DNA of 64,000 nucleotides from Haliotis rufescens (taxonomy: Eukaryota). The stretch is from contig NW_025963835.1 of NCBI RefSeq assembly GCF_023055435.1, positions 22,196,001 through 22,260,000 on the forward strand. The letters are read 5' to 3'. Under the pieces are notes generated by a model. The model was not told where the DNA came from, did no database searches, and was given only the letters and a program-made list of their open reading frames with translations. Within the stretch, counting starts at the first letter, position 1. Every line of letters starts with the position of its first letter. The translations under genes and the position numbers were made by a program. Positions 47,775-61,131 of this stretch are shown here, one piece after another.

Positions 47775-50700
47775 ATGGAGTTGATACATGTAGCCGATGA
47801 TGGTGGAGATGAGATGACGCTGGTAAACTACAATGGCCGCAAATACCCACAGTTTCCCGGATCTATGCAGACCAAACCAATAGAGAAATTAGCATCTGTT
47901 GAAATCCGCTCTGACGATATTCTGGTGTGTACGTTCCCCAAGTCAGGTAGGTAAACTGTTCTTATCAATACAGTAATATAATTATGACAACATCTTCGAG
48001 GTCAGAAATCACAGCCTTGTTACAATCGCTTGTCTACATCACGATGTCCGAAGATGGAGAGAATATCAACCTGGTGGAGAATGTCGGGTGTTTTGTCATA
48101 CAAAAATGTTAACATAAATGGGTTTCCCGAAGAATCGTAGGAAGAAAGAAGTTGTGATATTGTTATGTAATAATTGTCAAATTTACCCAAACAAAGGCGA
48201 GCAGTGACGTAATTCAGATATTACACAGTTCATAGCTTGTCGTTAACCACAACTGTAATTTCAACCAAAGTGAAGAAGTGTAGTCTATGACTTTGGTTTG
48301 TTTGCAGGGTACATATCATTATATTACATTACTTTCCCATTGTGGCCCTACCATTATTAGCAGCAGTAAAACTACGAAAAACATCGAAACGATTTTGCCC
48401 AAACCACGAACCTCAATATGGTATTACTATCCAGGTACCCACTGGGTCTGCGAGATGGTTCGCCTGCTGGTGGCAGGAAAACTCGACCCTGAAGTCGGCA
48501 AAGGGTTTCACTTGATTGAAGGTTGCAGTGAAGATGACTATAAAAATCTCCCTTCTCCAAGAATCCTCAACACTCATGTGTTGTACAACGACCTTCCAGT
48601 GCAGGTTAAAGTGATGAAACCTAGGATAGTGTACGTGACTAGGAACCCCAAGGACGTGACTGTTTCCTATTACAACTTTGTGAAGAAACTGACGATGTGC
48701 TACAACTACACTGGAGAGTGGAAGAATTTCTTTCGACCCTCACTGGAGGGGAAGTGTGAGTGATTTTCTATCATTCTTAGATTAAACAGTGCACACAACT
48801 CATGCAAACATGTACTGTAGATGATGGTCAGGATCTCCCTCTGACAAATCAACATATCAATCATGGTTCTTTACTTGAATGGATGATCAGTATGGTCCTT
48901 GGTTTATCAGCACCTTCTCGCTTGAGTTGAGGGCTTTCGTCCGACATTTCTGAAATGGCATGATGTGAATTATAATCTTCTAAGGTGGTGTTATACGTAC
49001 ACAACTCTGTAACTCTTCAACGTATTCCTGACCATGAATTTGTGACCTTTGTGTCCGATATTGTAGTTGACAACGGTTCCTGGTTCGATTATGTGAAGGA
49101 CTGGGAGGAGGTGAAGAAAACCACTGATGTCCCCATACTGACGATTAACTATGAAGACATGAAAGAGGTAAGCGAGGCCATTGCAATGATTACCAAAATG
49201 TTTTCCCGAAATAGCGGCCTGTGAAATTTTGAACTTGAAATGTTAGATAATTGTCAGTGATTTATTTGTCGTATCTTAGTTTATTCCTAAATATATACGT
49301 CCCCGTACTGAAAGAAATCCTGGTGTTGCTGGGGCCTAAATTATTCAAACACACATGGCAGCCTTTGTTCCATTATGACTATAATTATGATTTAATTGAA
49401 ATTAGTGTCAAATATTGGCCACTCCAGCTGAAGATGTTGCTTCTTATACTGTCAAGGAATAAGGCCTTTCTTCGTAATCCTCTGGTCGTACTGGGCATTA
49501 AGTCACTGTCATACCTTTTCGAAACAATAGTTTCGTGAGTTTTGTACAACATTAATCTTGTATTTCTCAGAGGATGACCTTAGCTGATTGACTTTCTCAC
49601 TTACTCTTGTAGTTACACCGAAGCAGTTTTTACATACAATGTTTACATTGCAACCTCTCAGTATAGAAACATTCAGGACAGCTTAAAGTGTGAGACAGGT
49701 GCTGGTCTTTTGACTCCCATTGACAATTTTTCTTTTGTAGAGATGTTTTTCTGTATCCTTTCCACAAATTCTACAAATAGGTGCTTTTGAATTTGGAGAC
49801 AAATCCAATTTCCAATCAAAAATATTTTTCAGACAATTTTGGCAATTTGGCCATCCAGCTTTCAAAAAACATTGTAAAAACCAAGTTTCAAAATGCGTCT
49901 GAAGAAATAGTATTAGGGAATGGAAGGGTTGTGGACCAGGCCACTAGATGGCATCAGTAATCTGGTTAGACTCCTTGGAGAGAGAACAGAGCTTGGGAAA
50001 GGACCAATAAGCTTTTGGTTTCCATAAAAAAAATCATATATGTTCAGAGACTAAGCGTCAGTTTAGATATCAGTCTCTTTGTCATGACGTGTGTTCATGC
50101 TTATAGTGTCGGTCTGTTCGGGATATGAGTGACGTTTAAGTTTTATCTGTTCAAAGAATCTGTTCCGCGAGATGAAAAAAATACAAGCCTTCCTTGGAAT
50201 TAAGAGGAGTGATGAGTTTGTGAAGGAAGTATGTGATCAATGCAGCTTCGCCTCCATGAAGAAGAGCAAGGCAGCAATGTCCGCGGTCACGTATAGAAAG
50301 GGTGGGTATTTCTCTCCTAGAACGCTCCGTGGAATGGAACATCTAGAAACTGTAATTATTGTCTGCCCAGTATGCCCTGTGGAATGATTATCGAGAAAAG
50401 GTGAAAAAAATATTCCTGTACGCCCTGTGGAGCGTGATAACTGTAAAATGTGGGATAGTGTTGTTTCATGTCAGCTATAGTCATGTAGATGTAAGGCAGG
50501 TCTATTAATCAAGGTACGGTTACTTTACATCGTAGTAAGTTATGGAAACACTGCACAATACTGCTGCATAAGACAGCACAGGGCGTCCTTTGCAAAAATC
50601 ACCTCGACTTCTTGACCTTTCATTGAGATGTCTAATCATAATAGGTGGAGTAGATGACTTTATGGCGATCCTTTTTACGCCCACATTATTTACGTACAGT

Positions 50701-51207
50701 AAACTACGGTTATACCGTTAACGAACTCAAAGGACCACATATTTTAGTTCGTAATAACCGTAGTTCGCTATAAGCATATATACAGCATATATACAACAAA
50801 TGGCCGGGACTAAAAAATAAGTTCGTTATATCGGTAAGTTCGTTATAAGCATGTTCTTTATAAACGTAGTTTACAGTATGTTGACATAAGCTGTAACCCA
50901 CATATTTTACCAATCATCATATAGTGATATTGGACATCCCTACTCTGTAACAATTTTAGATAGTTATGTAATGGAAAAAATGATACTCTTGCCTGGGTCG
51001 AACACTTTTTCTCTGACTTACATCAGAATTACCAGTGTCATAAATGCAATATTCTAACATGTTATTCATACATTAATTTCTGATATTTCAGGTGAAATTG
51101 GGGACTGGAAGAATTGGTTCACTATCGCGCAGAATGAGTGGTTTGATCAAATCTACAAGGAGAAGATGAAAGATTGTCCTTTGGAGTTCAGATATACATT
51201 GAAATAA
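47775..51207 (+). CDS. Cytosolic sulfotransferase, copy C; exons 47775-47946, 48435-48755, 49067-49167, 50157-50301, 51092-51207 (284 aa)
   Basis: Exon sizes 172/321/101/145/116. [37 protein letters not shown]. Intact frame. Confidence 0.92.
50697..50876. mobile_element. Tc1/mariner-type MITE
   Basis: Near-identical to 32512-32686, TA TSD. Confidence 0.86.
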
Positions 51208-51313
51208 TGGTGTTGTGGAGTGGGGAGAATTGGTATGGCAAGAAAGGATACAGTAGGCAGAGTAACGAACATCAGCGTTAACGGTGGATGGAACATAGTG
51301 GCTACAGTAATTG

Positions 51314-52770
51314 GAGCGGGTAGAGAAGACTGCGGGAGTGGGTAGAGAGGGTGGAGTGAAGGGGTGTGAGGTGGCAGAGCGGGTAGAGAAGACTGCGGGA
51401 GTGGGTAGAGAGGGTGGATTGAAGGGGTGTGAGGTGGCAGAGCTGGTAGAGAAGACTGCGGGAGTGGGTAGAAAGGGTGGAGTGAAGGGGTGTGAGGTGG
51501 CAGAGCGGGTAGAGAAGACTGCGGGAGTGGGTAGAGAGGGTGGAGTGAATGGGTGTGAGGTGGCAGAGTGGGTAGAGAAGACTGCGGGAGTGGGTAGAGA
51601 GGGTGGAGTGAAGGGGTGTGAGGTGGCAGAGCGGGTAGAGAAGACTGCGGGAGTGGGTAGAAAGGGTGGAGTGAAGGGGTGTGAGGTGGCAGAGCGGGTA
51701 GAGAAGACTGCGGGAGTGGGTAGAGAGGGTGGAGTGAATGGGTGTGAGGTGGCAGAGTGGGTAGAGAAGACTGCGGGAGTGGGTAGAGAGGGTGGAGTGA
51801 AGGGGTGTGAGGTGGCAGAGCGGGTAGAGAAGACTGCGGGAGTGGGTAGAGAGGGTGGAGTGAAGGGGTGTGAGGTGGCAGAGCGGGTAGAGAAGACTGC
51901 GGGAGTGGGTAGAGAGGGTGGAGTGAAGGGGTGTGAGGTGGCAGAGTGGGTAGAGAAGACTGCGGGAGTGGGTAGAGAGGGTGGAGTGATGGGGTGTGAG
52001 GTGGCAGAGCGGGTAGAGAAGACTGCGGGAGTGGGTAGAGAGGGTGGAGTGAAGGGGTGTGAGGTGGCAGAGTGGGTAGAGAAGACTGTGGGAGTGGGTA
52101 GAGAGGGTGGAGTGAAGGGGTGTGAGGTGGCAGAGCGGGTAGAGAAGACTGCGGGAGTGGGTAGAGAGGGTGGAGTGAAGGGGTGTGAGGTGGCAGAGTG
52201 GGTAGAGAAGACTGCGGGAGTGGGTAGAGAGGGTGGAGTGATGGGGTGTGAGGTGGCAGAGCGGGTAGAGAAGACTGCGGGAGTGGGTAGAGAGGGTGGA
52301 TTGAAGGGGTGTGAGGTGGCAGAGCGGGTAGAGAAGACTGCGGGAGTGGGTAGAGAGGGTGGAGTGAAGGGGTGTGAGGTGGCAGAGTGGGTAGAGAAGA
52401 CTGTGGGAGTGGGTAGAGAGTGTGGAGTGAATGGGTGTGAGGTGGCAGAGTGGGTAGAGAAGACTGTGGGAGTGGGTAGAGAGGGTGGAGTGAATGGGTG
52501 TGAGGTGGCAGAGTGGGTAGAGAAGACTGCGGGAGTGGGTAGAGAGGGTGGAGTGAATGGGTGTGAGGTGGCAGAGTGGGTAGAGAAGACTGTGGGAGTG
52601 GGTAGAGAGGGTGGAGTGAATGGGTGTGAGGTGGCAGAGTGGGTAGAGAAGACTGTGGGAGTGGGTAGAGAGGGTGGAGTGAATGGGTGTGAGGTGGCAG
52701 AGTGGGTAGAGAAGACTGTGGGAGTGGGTAGAGAGGGTGGAGTGAAGGGGTGTGAGGTGCCAGAGTGGGT
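51314..52770. repeat. 63-bp G-rich minisatellite (about 23 units) just 3' of the SULT-C stop codon
   Basis: GAGCGGGTAGAGAAGACTGCGGGAGTGGGTAGAGAGGGTGGAGTGAAGGGGTGTGAGGTGGCA. Confidence 0.96.
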
Positions 52771-53196
52771 ACAGGGAAGTCAGAAGGAGAGTTGTTAGGG
52801 AGTGGAAGGAGTTGATAGTGTAAGTTGTAAAGGGTTGGTAGAGGGTGTGTAGTGGTGGGGACGGCGGGAGGGAGTGGAGCGGCTAAAACGAATAACAAGG
52901 TGTGGGCTCCTTAGAGTTGGTATTGTGGATGGAGTGGATGTGCGGGAGCAGGTTATATTATTTGGATTGTGAAGAGCAGATAGAATAATAACATTGGTAC
53001 TAAATGATATGACTTAACACTTCAGCAGAGAGCTTGTCATTAAAGGTATGCATTACACCCAAACTTTATAACTATTCTTTCACTGATATTTCCTCTCAAA
53101 AAGATGGAGCTGTCTAAAATATAGCCAATGTCCATTCTGATAAGGGGCAATTGATGGCCAGTGTTATCCAAACGCGGTGCCTAATACTATCTGGCG

Positions 53197-53324
53197 TCGA
53201 CTTTGATATAAAAAGACATCTCTATTTTACTTTGATTCATTATCCATCACTCTCCATATCTATACTGTAATGATGCATAATGTCTCAATGTAAAATAGAG
53301 ATGTCTTTTTGCATCAAAGTCGAT
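53197..53324. repeat. About 34-bp inverted repeat (MITE-like)
   Basis: TCGACTTTGAT..AAAAAGACATCTCTATTTTAC / GTAAAATAGAGATGTCTTTTT..ATCAAAGTCGA. Confidence 0.7.
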
Positions 53325-53340
53325 CCATCATTCACCTTAA

Positions 53341-53500
53341 GAGGCGGTGGGGTAGCCTAGTGGTTAAAGCGTTCGTTCATCACGCCGAAGCCCCGGGTTC
53401 GATTCCCCACATGGGTACAATGTGTGAAGCCCATGTCTGGTGTCCAGTGCGTGATATTGCTGGAATATAGCTAAAAGCGGCGTGTAACTATACTCACTCA
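53341..53500 (+). mobile_element. SINE family 1
   Basis: Similarity to 30710-30872. Confidence 0.85.
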
Positions 53501-53940
53501 CCCCTTTTTCTGTAATATGAACTGTGACCATATTAAAAGGAATGAAACTTTTTGTCGGCATTCGTTTGTACATCACACTCCAGCAACAACGACAAAACAG
53601 ACGCATGGAAGTGACAGATGAAGATGTTTTTGACAACAGTGCATCTGTGTCAACTTAGTAAGATAAGTCTGTGTCAAGTGACTCATCTGTTACAAGCCAA
53701 ACATGGCTTTTGAACACAATCGTCTGAGAAAATGTATATAGCAGTCATTCAGAAACCTTATGACATCTTTAATAAGCTTTGTACTTGCATAAACCATGTA
53801 AGACATAGAGTTTGTCATATATGTCAGTATTCATTTCTCAGTGAATTCTTTGTTTTTCAAGAATGACATTTTGTGGATCGCAAAATTCCATTTGCATTTC
53901 TTTACATATGGTATTTACTAAAATACGAAAATTCCATGTC

Positions 53941-54121
53941 NNNNNNNNNNNNNNNNNNNNNNNNNNNNNNNNNNNNNNNNNNNNNNNNNNNNNNNNNNNN
54001 NNNNNNNNNNNNNNNNNNNNNNNNNNNNNNNNNNNNNNNNNNNNNNNNNNNNNNNNNNNNNNNNNNNNNNNNNNNNNNNNNNNNNNNNNNNNNNNNNNNN
54101 NNNNNNNNNNNNNNNNNNNNN
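53941..54121. other. Assembly gap (N)
   Basis: N run. Confidence 1.
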
Positions 54122-54409
54122 AAATTAAAGCTGGCCCTTTTGGTGACACAACAGTCTGCTATACAACTGCTGCAATAACATAGTATCAGTTTGGGTTTGG
54201 GTCGATCCGTGGTGAGCATCTGCTGTGTTATGGTGCATAGCATTACGTACGAATGATCACTATATTATCATGAGCTCTGAAACCCCCAGTTCCCTTTCAA
54301 AGGTCAAGCTCAGGCTTATTATAACCAGATAACACATTGATATATTGAACTCAATGATAGACGGGGATTTTCGATATTTGATAATTGCGATTATAGTATT
54401 GTAATAAAC

Positions 54410-54465
54410 GACTGACTGACTGACTGACTGACTGACTGACTGACTGACTGACTGACTGACTGACT
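54410..54465. repeat. (GACT)n microsatellite
   Basis: Direct reading. Confidence 0.95.
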
Positions 54466-55029
54466 GTCTTTAATTTCTTCCAGAATATATATATATATAT
54501 AATGTCCCGCATATTCGCAGGCTCTCAACAGTGAGAAATATTGGTAAGATTACAACACGTTGTTTAGGATATGTTTAATTTCATACAAATACTTTGAGAA
54601 GTCAATAATAGTGAAATGCCACGTTATTTTATCAATGTCATTGTTATCTGCACCAAAAGATAATGCTAACATATCATGGTCTTCCATCATCTCTATTTTG
54701 ACAAACATTTCAACATCAAGATAATCAGTTAGAGCGGAAAAGAATACATCTCTCCCTGAAAGTAGACATCAACAGTTTAAGATGACATGATGATAATAAT
54801 CATTAGCAAAAGTATTACATTTTGCACATTCTTTAGATATTTTGCTTCTGGATCCACTCCTTATTACATACTGTATTTTTTCTCTCAATTCTGGATCTAA
54901 CTTAACAATGATGTATAGCACATGAGGAGTAAGTGTTGTGTAAATTTTAGAATATCGAAACCGGTCAGCTCTACTTGATTAGTGATATTTCCATACTTCT
55001 TCCTCGTGGGTAGTTATTTGATTTAACAC

Positions 55030-55424
55030 TTAATGAGTGAGTGACTGAGTTGGGTTTAACGCCGCTTTTAACAGTATTCCAGTTACAGTAAACCTCGGTT
55101 ATAACGAACTCAAAGGGACTTCTAATTTTAGGTAAGTTCGTTATATCCGTCAGTTCGTTGTAAGCGAGTTCGTTATAACCGTAGTTGACTGTATATCGCG
55201 GCGTGTCAGCTTAATGTGGGAGGAAAGCCCGAAGTGATGCAGGTCTCAGACGTTTACCACTTCGGTGAAACCCACAAGCACGGGTATGGTGCTGACAAAC
55301 CTAGAAACATAGTCGGGGCGAACCGGGATTCGAACCCACAATCATAGGTTTCTGGCATGCCCAAGGGACGCAACTCTTCACAGCGAATCGCGGCACCTTA
55401 GACGACTGGTCCACCCGTGCCCCC
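55030..55424 (-). mobile_element. SINE family 2, TSD tgatttaacac, interrupted by a MITE at 55086-55191
   Basis: Reverse complement of 4044-4329; TSD at 55019-55029 and 55425-55435. Confidence 0.88.
55086..55191. mobile_element. Short Tc1/mariner-type MITE nested in a SINE
   Basis: TA-CAGTAAACCTCGGTTATAACGAAC...GTTCGTTATAACCGTAGTTGACTG-TA. Confidence 0.85.
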
Positions 55425-56644
55425 TGATTTAACACAATCTTTCTCCACTTACAGTGTTGTCTTCGCGGAGAATTCCACTTTGCAAACGTAGTGAAATACA
55501 TGATGAAGCAGGTAAGATTTCGTGGCTGGTGAAAGCAACACTCCACATAAACTGTGAAATTATTGTTATGAAAATAATAGAGTGAAGTTGATGCGCAGAA
55601 AACAGTTTTACAAATTGAGACACATGAGTTATTGCAGAGACGCCCCGGCAGCTGAAGTCTACATGTATCCATATATAGCCAACCAAGCTCCAAAGTCCTA
55701 GATTAGCAATAGCGGCATCAGTGGGAGAACGTTTGTCAAAACCAATCCTGGCAATGTAACGCTGGGTACTTTCAGCTAATTCAAGATCTTTACCATGCAG
55801 AGGAGGTAGTAATTCACATCCATTAATACTTGTCAAAATAATTCTTTTCAATATCTTAATACTTGCATACTGTTGTAGGTCACTACTATTTAGACCAACA
55901 GAGAGGAGAAAATGAATAAAAAGATTACTTTGTAGAACAACATCGCATATTTTACATTATAAAACAAAGGTATGTTATAATCTCGAGAGTGACAAATAAG
56001 CATGCGTACACAATAATTGCTTCTTTTTATGAAACACAACAATTATACTTTTCGATGCATTATAAGTTAATCGCCATTTTGATGTGTAATTAACAACTGT
56101 ATCTAGAAACATTAAACTGCAGCAGTTGCACTAATGCATACAAAGAACGCCATCAATTTAACAAATGAAAGTGTAAACTTGATAAAAGGTAAATGCAGTC
56201 ATGTTTAAACCTAATTATTTTTAAAATAAATTTTCTATTTGCATAGACGATTTAGAACAGAGAGTTTGTCATATATTTTAGCATTCGATCATTTAGTGAA
56301 AATACGTCATAATCACAGTTTTCTTTCAAGAATGACAATTTGTGGCTCGCATTCCATTTGTTTTTCTTACATGTGGTATTCACTTTAAGAACGAACTTTC
56401 TTCCAACAGTCTCTGTTAATGTGAGCGGGTTTACGGGTTTACGGGTGGCAAAGCTCGCCCGTTTGATGACTCAACGGTCAGATTGACATAAAACTGCCAC
56501 GATAACAAAGTGTATTCTGTGGTGGCCGAGAGGGGACATTGCTTTCTCGCTCTATCGTTTTCTCGCGTTATAGTAAAATTAAGGGGCTTACCCGATATAA
56601 TATATGGATATAGGTGGGGTGGGGCATGCTGTGGTTTTCTTCAT

Positions 56645-56681
<37 letters not shown>

Positions 56682-57854
56682 TGTGCTGAGATGAGATTTT
56701 TCATAACAGAGAGCTGAGTTTTTTCCAGGCACATTTTCAAATAATACTTATGGAGGGAATGTTGACATTTTCTCACTACCTTCTTAAACAAAATTTAACT
56801 GCACAGACGTCGGAAACTGTAAAAAAAACAATCAACAGAAATTTTACGTAATAAATAATTAAGTGATTTGAGGCCCTAGTCAGGAGTTGTATCAGGCTAT
56901 CACGCTGTCAGCGCGTTGCGGGTCATGAAATTAATCTAAATTCTAAATAAAAAATATTGAATAACACATTGCTGACAATAAACCACGATCTGGAAATAAC
57001 TGATTGTATTGTAATTTGTATTGTTTGCATTGTCCAAAGAATGTCGGTCAACAGATTTAGAGTTAAGCCGAATACGAGCTCGTCCGAGTTATGAATGACA
57101 ATGATATTCGGTATGATGGATGAAGTATATGCAGACAAAAGTTCTAAATGTACTCTGTTATGTTTCCCTTAAAAAGTTCAGATCGATCAGATATATGTCT
57201 TTACCTTAAGTCACATATACGACTTTTGGGAGCGTCATTAACCCGTAACCTCATTCCTTGGACAATAGAAATGGAATGCGTTGTACATATTGTTTAAAAA
57301 CAACTCGTTTCTTATAATTTCTTTCAATCAAACTGTCTTCCCTTCAGGTAAGACGAGATATCCGATTATAGTATAAGCTCTTTGTTCAGGCATGAATATT
57401 CATAGTTTTGTAACAATTCTCTATCTATCACATTGTATGGTCGTTATCAGTTGTGCAATCTGGTGTGAGTTATGTAATTATCTACCGCATGTATACACAG
57501 ACAGCGAGTCACACACACGCACGCACGCACACGCACGCACGCACGCACGCACACGCACACGCACACACACACACACACACACACTCACACACACACACCA
57601 TGCCAGCTTGACAGGGAGACAGACAGGTAACACATCCAACCCACTCACATACATAATTTGACAAAACTATACTTAAAATATACACAAAATATATATAAGA
57701 ATGACTGTTGATTTAACATATGTTATAGTCATAGTAATGCACTTCATATTGTTATCAACGTTAACTGAGTGGCCACACTAATTAGGATGTTTCTCCATAT
57801 GTGTAGTACACAAGTACACATATCAACTGTGATAAAACCTTTGTCACAGCGATG

Positions 57855-58021
57855 AGAGGGGGGGGGGGGGGGGGGGGGGGGGTAAACTTCAGCTCGTCAC
57901 CCCGAAGACCCAGGTTCAATTCCCCACATGGGTACAATGTGTGAGCCCATTTCTGGTCTTCCCCACCGTGATATTTCTGGAATACTGCTAAAAGCGGCAT
58001 TAAACTGTACTCACTCACTCA
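57855..58021 (+). mobile_element. SINE family 1, degenerate, with poly-G at head
   Basis: Similarity to 30710-30872. Confidence 0.75.
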
Positions 58022-59679
58022 CAGCTGTGTTTATCAAATTACTATATACAAGTACATATAGGTTGTTCATGTAGATTTGCTCAAGACAAGAGACACAATA
58101 CAAGTTGATCATAAATCAAATGTCAAAAAGAATATTTACGGAAAACAGTATTATGACATTCACACTGTAACATCATATACTACTCAAAACAAGTTAAAGA
58201 ACACCCACAAGTATGAGATTGTGTTTTACAATACAATCAGCCTTGACTGATTAACCATAGTCGGATGACGAATCAGGTCTTCTTTAAATTCTCTTGAAAA
58301 GTGTGTATTTAGATTTAAACCTGATTTATTTTGAGCGTATTGCCATGACGCGCCGCGCGCTTTCGGTGTTATAGTCACATAAAACTCCTGAACAGAAACA
58401 TTGATCAATCAATAATTGCACTTTACGAGAAAATCCGTGAATTGTTCTAAAATAAAATCACCTACATCTATACAGTTAATTCATGTTCAAGTAAATAGTG
58501 AGAAAAATTTAACATTCCCTCAAAACTGAAACAGACAACACGTGCGACCCCTAGTGGTAAAGATGGGATATTGCTTTACCGCGCGATGAAGCAATATGGC
58601 AGGAACGCGAGAACGCGGGAAATCGATGTCCCCTCTCGGCCTCCATAGTATTCAGGGGGCTTGGTCGTTCAGTGGTGATTATCTGTTGTGCAGGGCTTAG
58701 GAGCTCGAGAGCACACCCGATGAAGGCATTGCCTGAACGTGCATAACATAACGTGTGCATTCTTTCTTGACCAACTAGTGCCTTATCGCCGTATGGTAAG
58801 GTAAGTCGGTGGGATATAAGTTCAATATCATTTCACAACTACCTTCCGGCACGTATGTGTGGCTGCTTGTACATACCCGGAGCATACGGGCTTTGTAGCG
58901 CCAGCTCAATGAGGGGATTGCCTGAACGTCGGGCTGGGCCGAGACGGGTAACGTTATTGTTGGCTAAGTACTCCATTATACCCATATATTACTGATAGAA
59001 CATACACACGTGACATTAATGAACAATCACAAATCTAAAACGTGAAGCATAATTAAGTCACTGCGAGTAAATCGCTTGAAAACCAGGAAGACGAGCTCAG
59101 TGAGCGGAGCAGTGTTACATGTAAAAGAGGAATCGTTAAACGAAATAGGATCTAAAACGTATCAAATACAATTCTCGTGAAAAAAGTAATTCTTCTGTCC
59201 AGCATAACGTTTACATCTATAGAATAGTACTATATCTAAGTAAATATCTCTTTATAATGTCAGGCTTCTAGTTGTAACAGACACGTATTGGAAGACGGAG
59301 TTTCATTAAAATGTATTTATTTGCCTGTAACAAGAAACGTCAACATCAGAAAGGTGTTGATTACTGTCGGCCATCCTACCAGACTAACTGTTGACAATTG
59401 ACTGTCCTTATTATATGATATATATAATAATGATAGAAGTAAAATAGGCCAAATATATATGAGCACTGATTGGCTTTGCATGCTAACATTCTGACGTCAC
59501 ACCTGTGGCACGAAGTCAGTGATCAATAAACTAGTGTTTTGGGTGTAATATTGTATGACAATACACACATAGTATTATTCCTTTCACATGTACACTGTCT
59601 TACGTTCTATGCTAGTGAAGTAATTAAGTTAGTAATGGCGATTAGCACGATGTTTACATTAAAAGCGATCGTACATTAA

Positions 59680-60029
59680 TTAGTTCATATAATCTGTGTC
59701 ATATGGAGGGGTGCAGTCAGAAGAAGAAAAAAATGTTTTTACTAATTTTCCATTTTTTTAATGAATTTTTCCAAACCCTAACGTCCGTCCGAAAACTTTG
59801 TCCACGCGATTTCTCTTAAACTATTCAGTGGATTGATCTCAAACTTAGTACATATAATCTGTGTCATATGGAGGGGTGCAGTCAAAAGAAAAAGAATGTT
59901 CTATTAATTTTCCATTTTTTTCACGAATTTTTCAAACCCTAACCCTATCCTCGCTATTTAATTTGAAACTATTGACACACTAGGCGGGTCGGGGGTATTA
60001 GTGAGCCACGCCTCCTTTTCTTCTTGTTC
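59680..60029 (+). mobile_element. Helentron/HINE-like non-autonomous element fragment with 165-bp internal repeat
   Basis: CATATAATCTGTGTCATATGGAGGGGTGCAGTC at 59686 and 59851, GTCCGTCC motif, 3' end GGGGGTATT...hairpin...CTTGTT. Confidence 0.5.
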
Positions 60030-60849
60030 AGTACTGTATTCGGTATTATTACTACACTAGCAATTATATACTAGCATATATATAGGGGGCATATATAAGG
60101 GGTGACCTTTATCTTTAACAAGAAATGACAACATCAGAAAGGTGTTGATTACTGTCGGCCATCCTACCAGACTGACAGGTGACATTTGACTGTACATTCA
60201 AATTGTAGTGACGTCACAGGTAGACACATGTGAATTAGGCGTTTAGCCAGGTACGGGTAGCACGCACAACTCCTTATATGTGGCAGTGGAGGCGCAGCGT
60301 TCAGATGGATTGAAGTAGAAACAGGCTGCAGGCGACAATAATGTCACTATTTGCCTAAGTTAAGGCTTACTCTTTGGTTAGAGTGAAGCTCTTTTCCCTA
60401 TAGTTTCACAAGTGTTCGGTCCGACGCGGCTCCGGCTGTCAAAAGATCAACGTAGACCTCATAGGTGTATAATCATATGTGTTTACATATATAGACTAGC
60501 ATTTTATCTGCCTAAATATCACTTAAAAGCGTCGCAGATTGTGGTATGTAAAGCCAAACCGTTGGTCAAAGTGAAGATATTTCCCTCTACATTCTCAACA
60601 TAGTCTCTTTGGGACGTGTTTGGTCTGTGTTCGGACCGACTTGGCCCGGGTTGTCAAAATTAACTTACGCGTCACATATGTATCATCAAGTGTGTTTGCA
60701 TTTACTCAGCCGTAAAGTAAGGTAAGGTGGTGGGGTAATTAAGTTCAATATTATTTCACTTATACAGCTACTTTAGGCCACGTGCGTGTTTTGCTGCTTG
60801 TATTAGGCGCCGGACTTATAACGGTCGGTTTTTGTAGTGCAAGCCCAAT

Positions 60850-61018
60850 GAGTGAGTGAATGAGTTTGATTTTACGCCGCTTTTAGCAATATTCCAGCAA
60901 TATCACGGCGGTGGACACCAGAAATGGGCTTCACACATTGTACCCATGTCGGGAATCGAACCCGGGTTTTCGGCGTGATGAGCAAACGCTTTAACCACTA
61001 GGCTACCCGACCGCCCCC
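60850..61018 (-). mobile_element. SINE family 1
   Basis: Reverse-complement copy, nearly identical to 13955-14118. Confidence 0.87.
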
Positions 61019-61131
61019 AAAGTCCAATGAGATACGTATACCGTGCCGGAGGTTACCGTGGATACCCCACGGATATGGATACATTATACTCATTCTGAGT
61101 CGGCCAGTCCTTGTATTCCCCTTAATGCTTA

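Noticed and set aside
51153-52898. 581-aa and 495-aa ORFs on opposite strands
   Set aside because: Products of a 63-bp (3n) minisatellite without stop codons; they overlap the SULT-C 3' end and have no domain signal
58708-58940. Two hammerhead-like strings (CCGATGAAGGCATTGCCTGAACGT and CAATGAGGGGATTGCCTGAACGTC)
   Set aside because: Core deviates at both CUGAUGA and GAAA; too degenerate to call without a covariance-model hit
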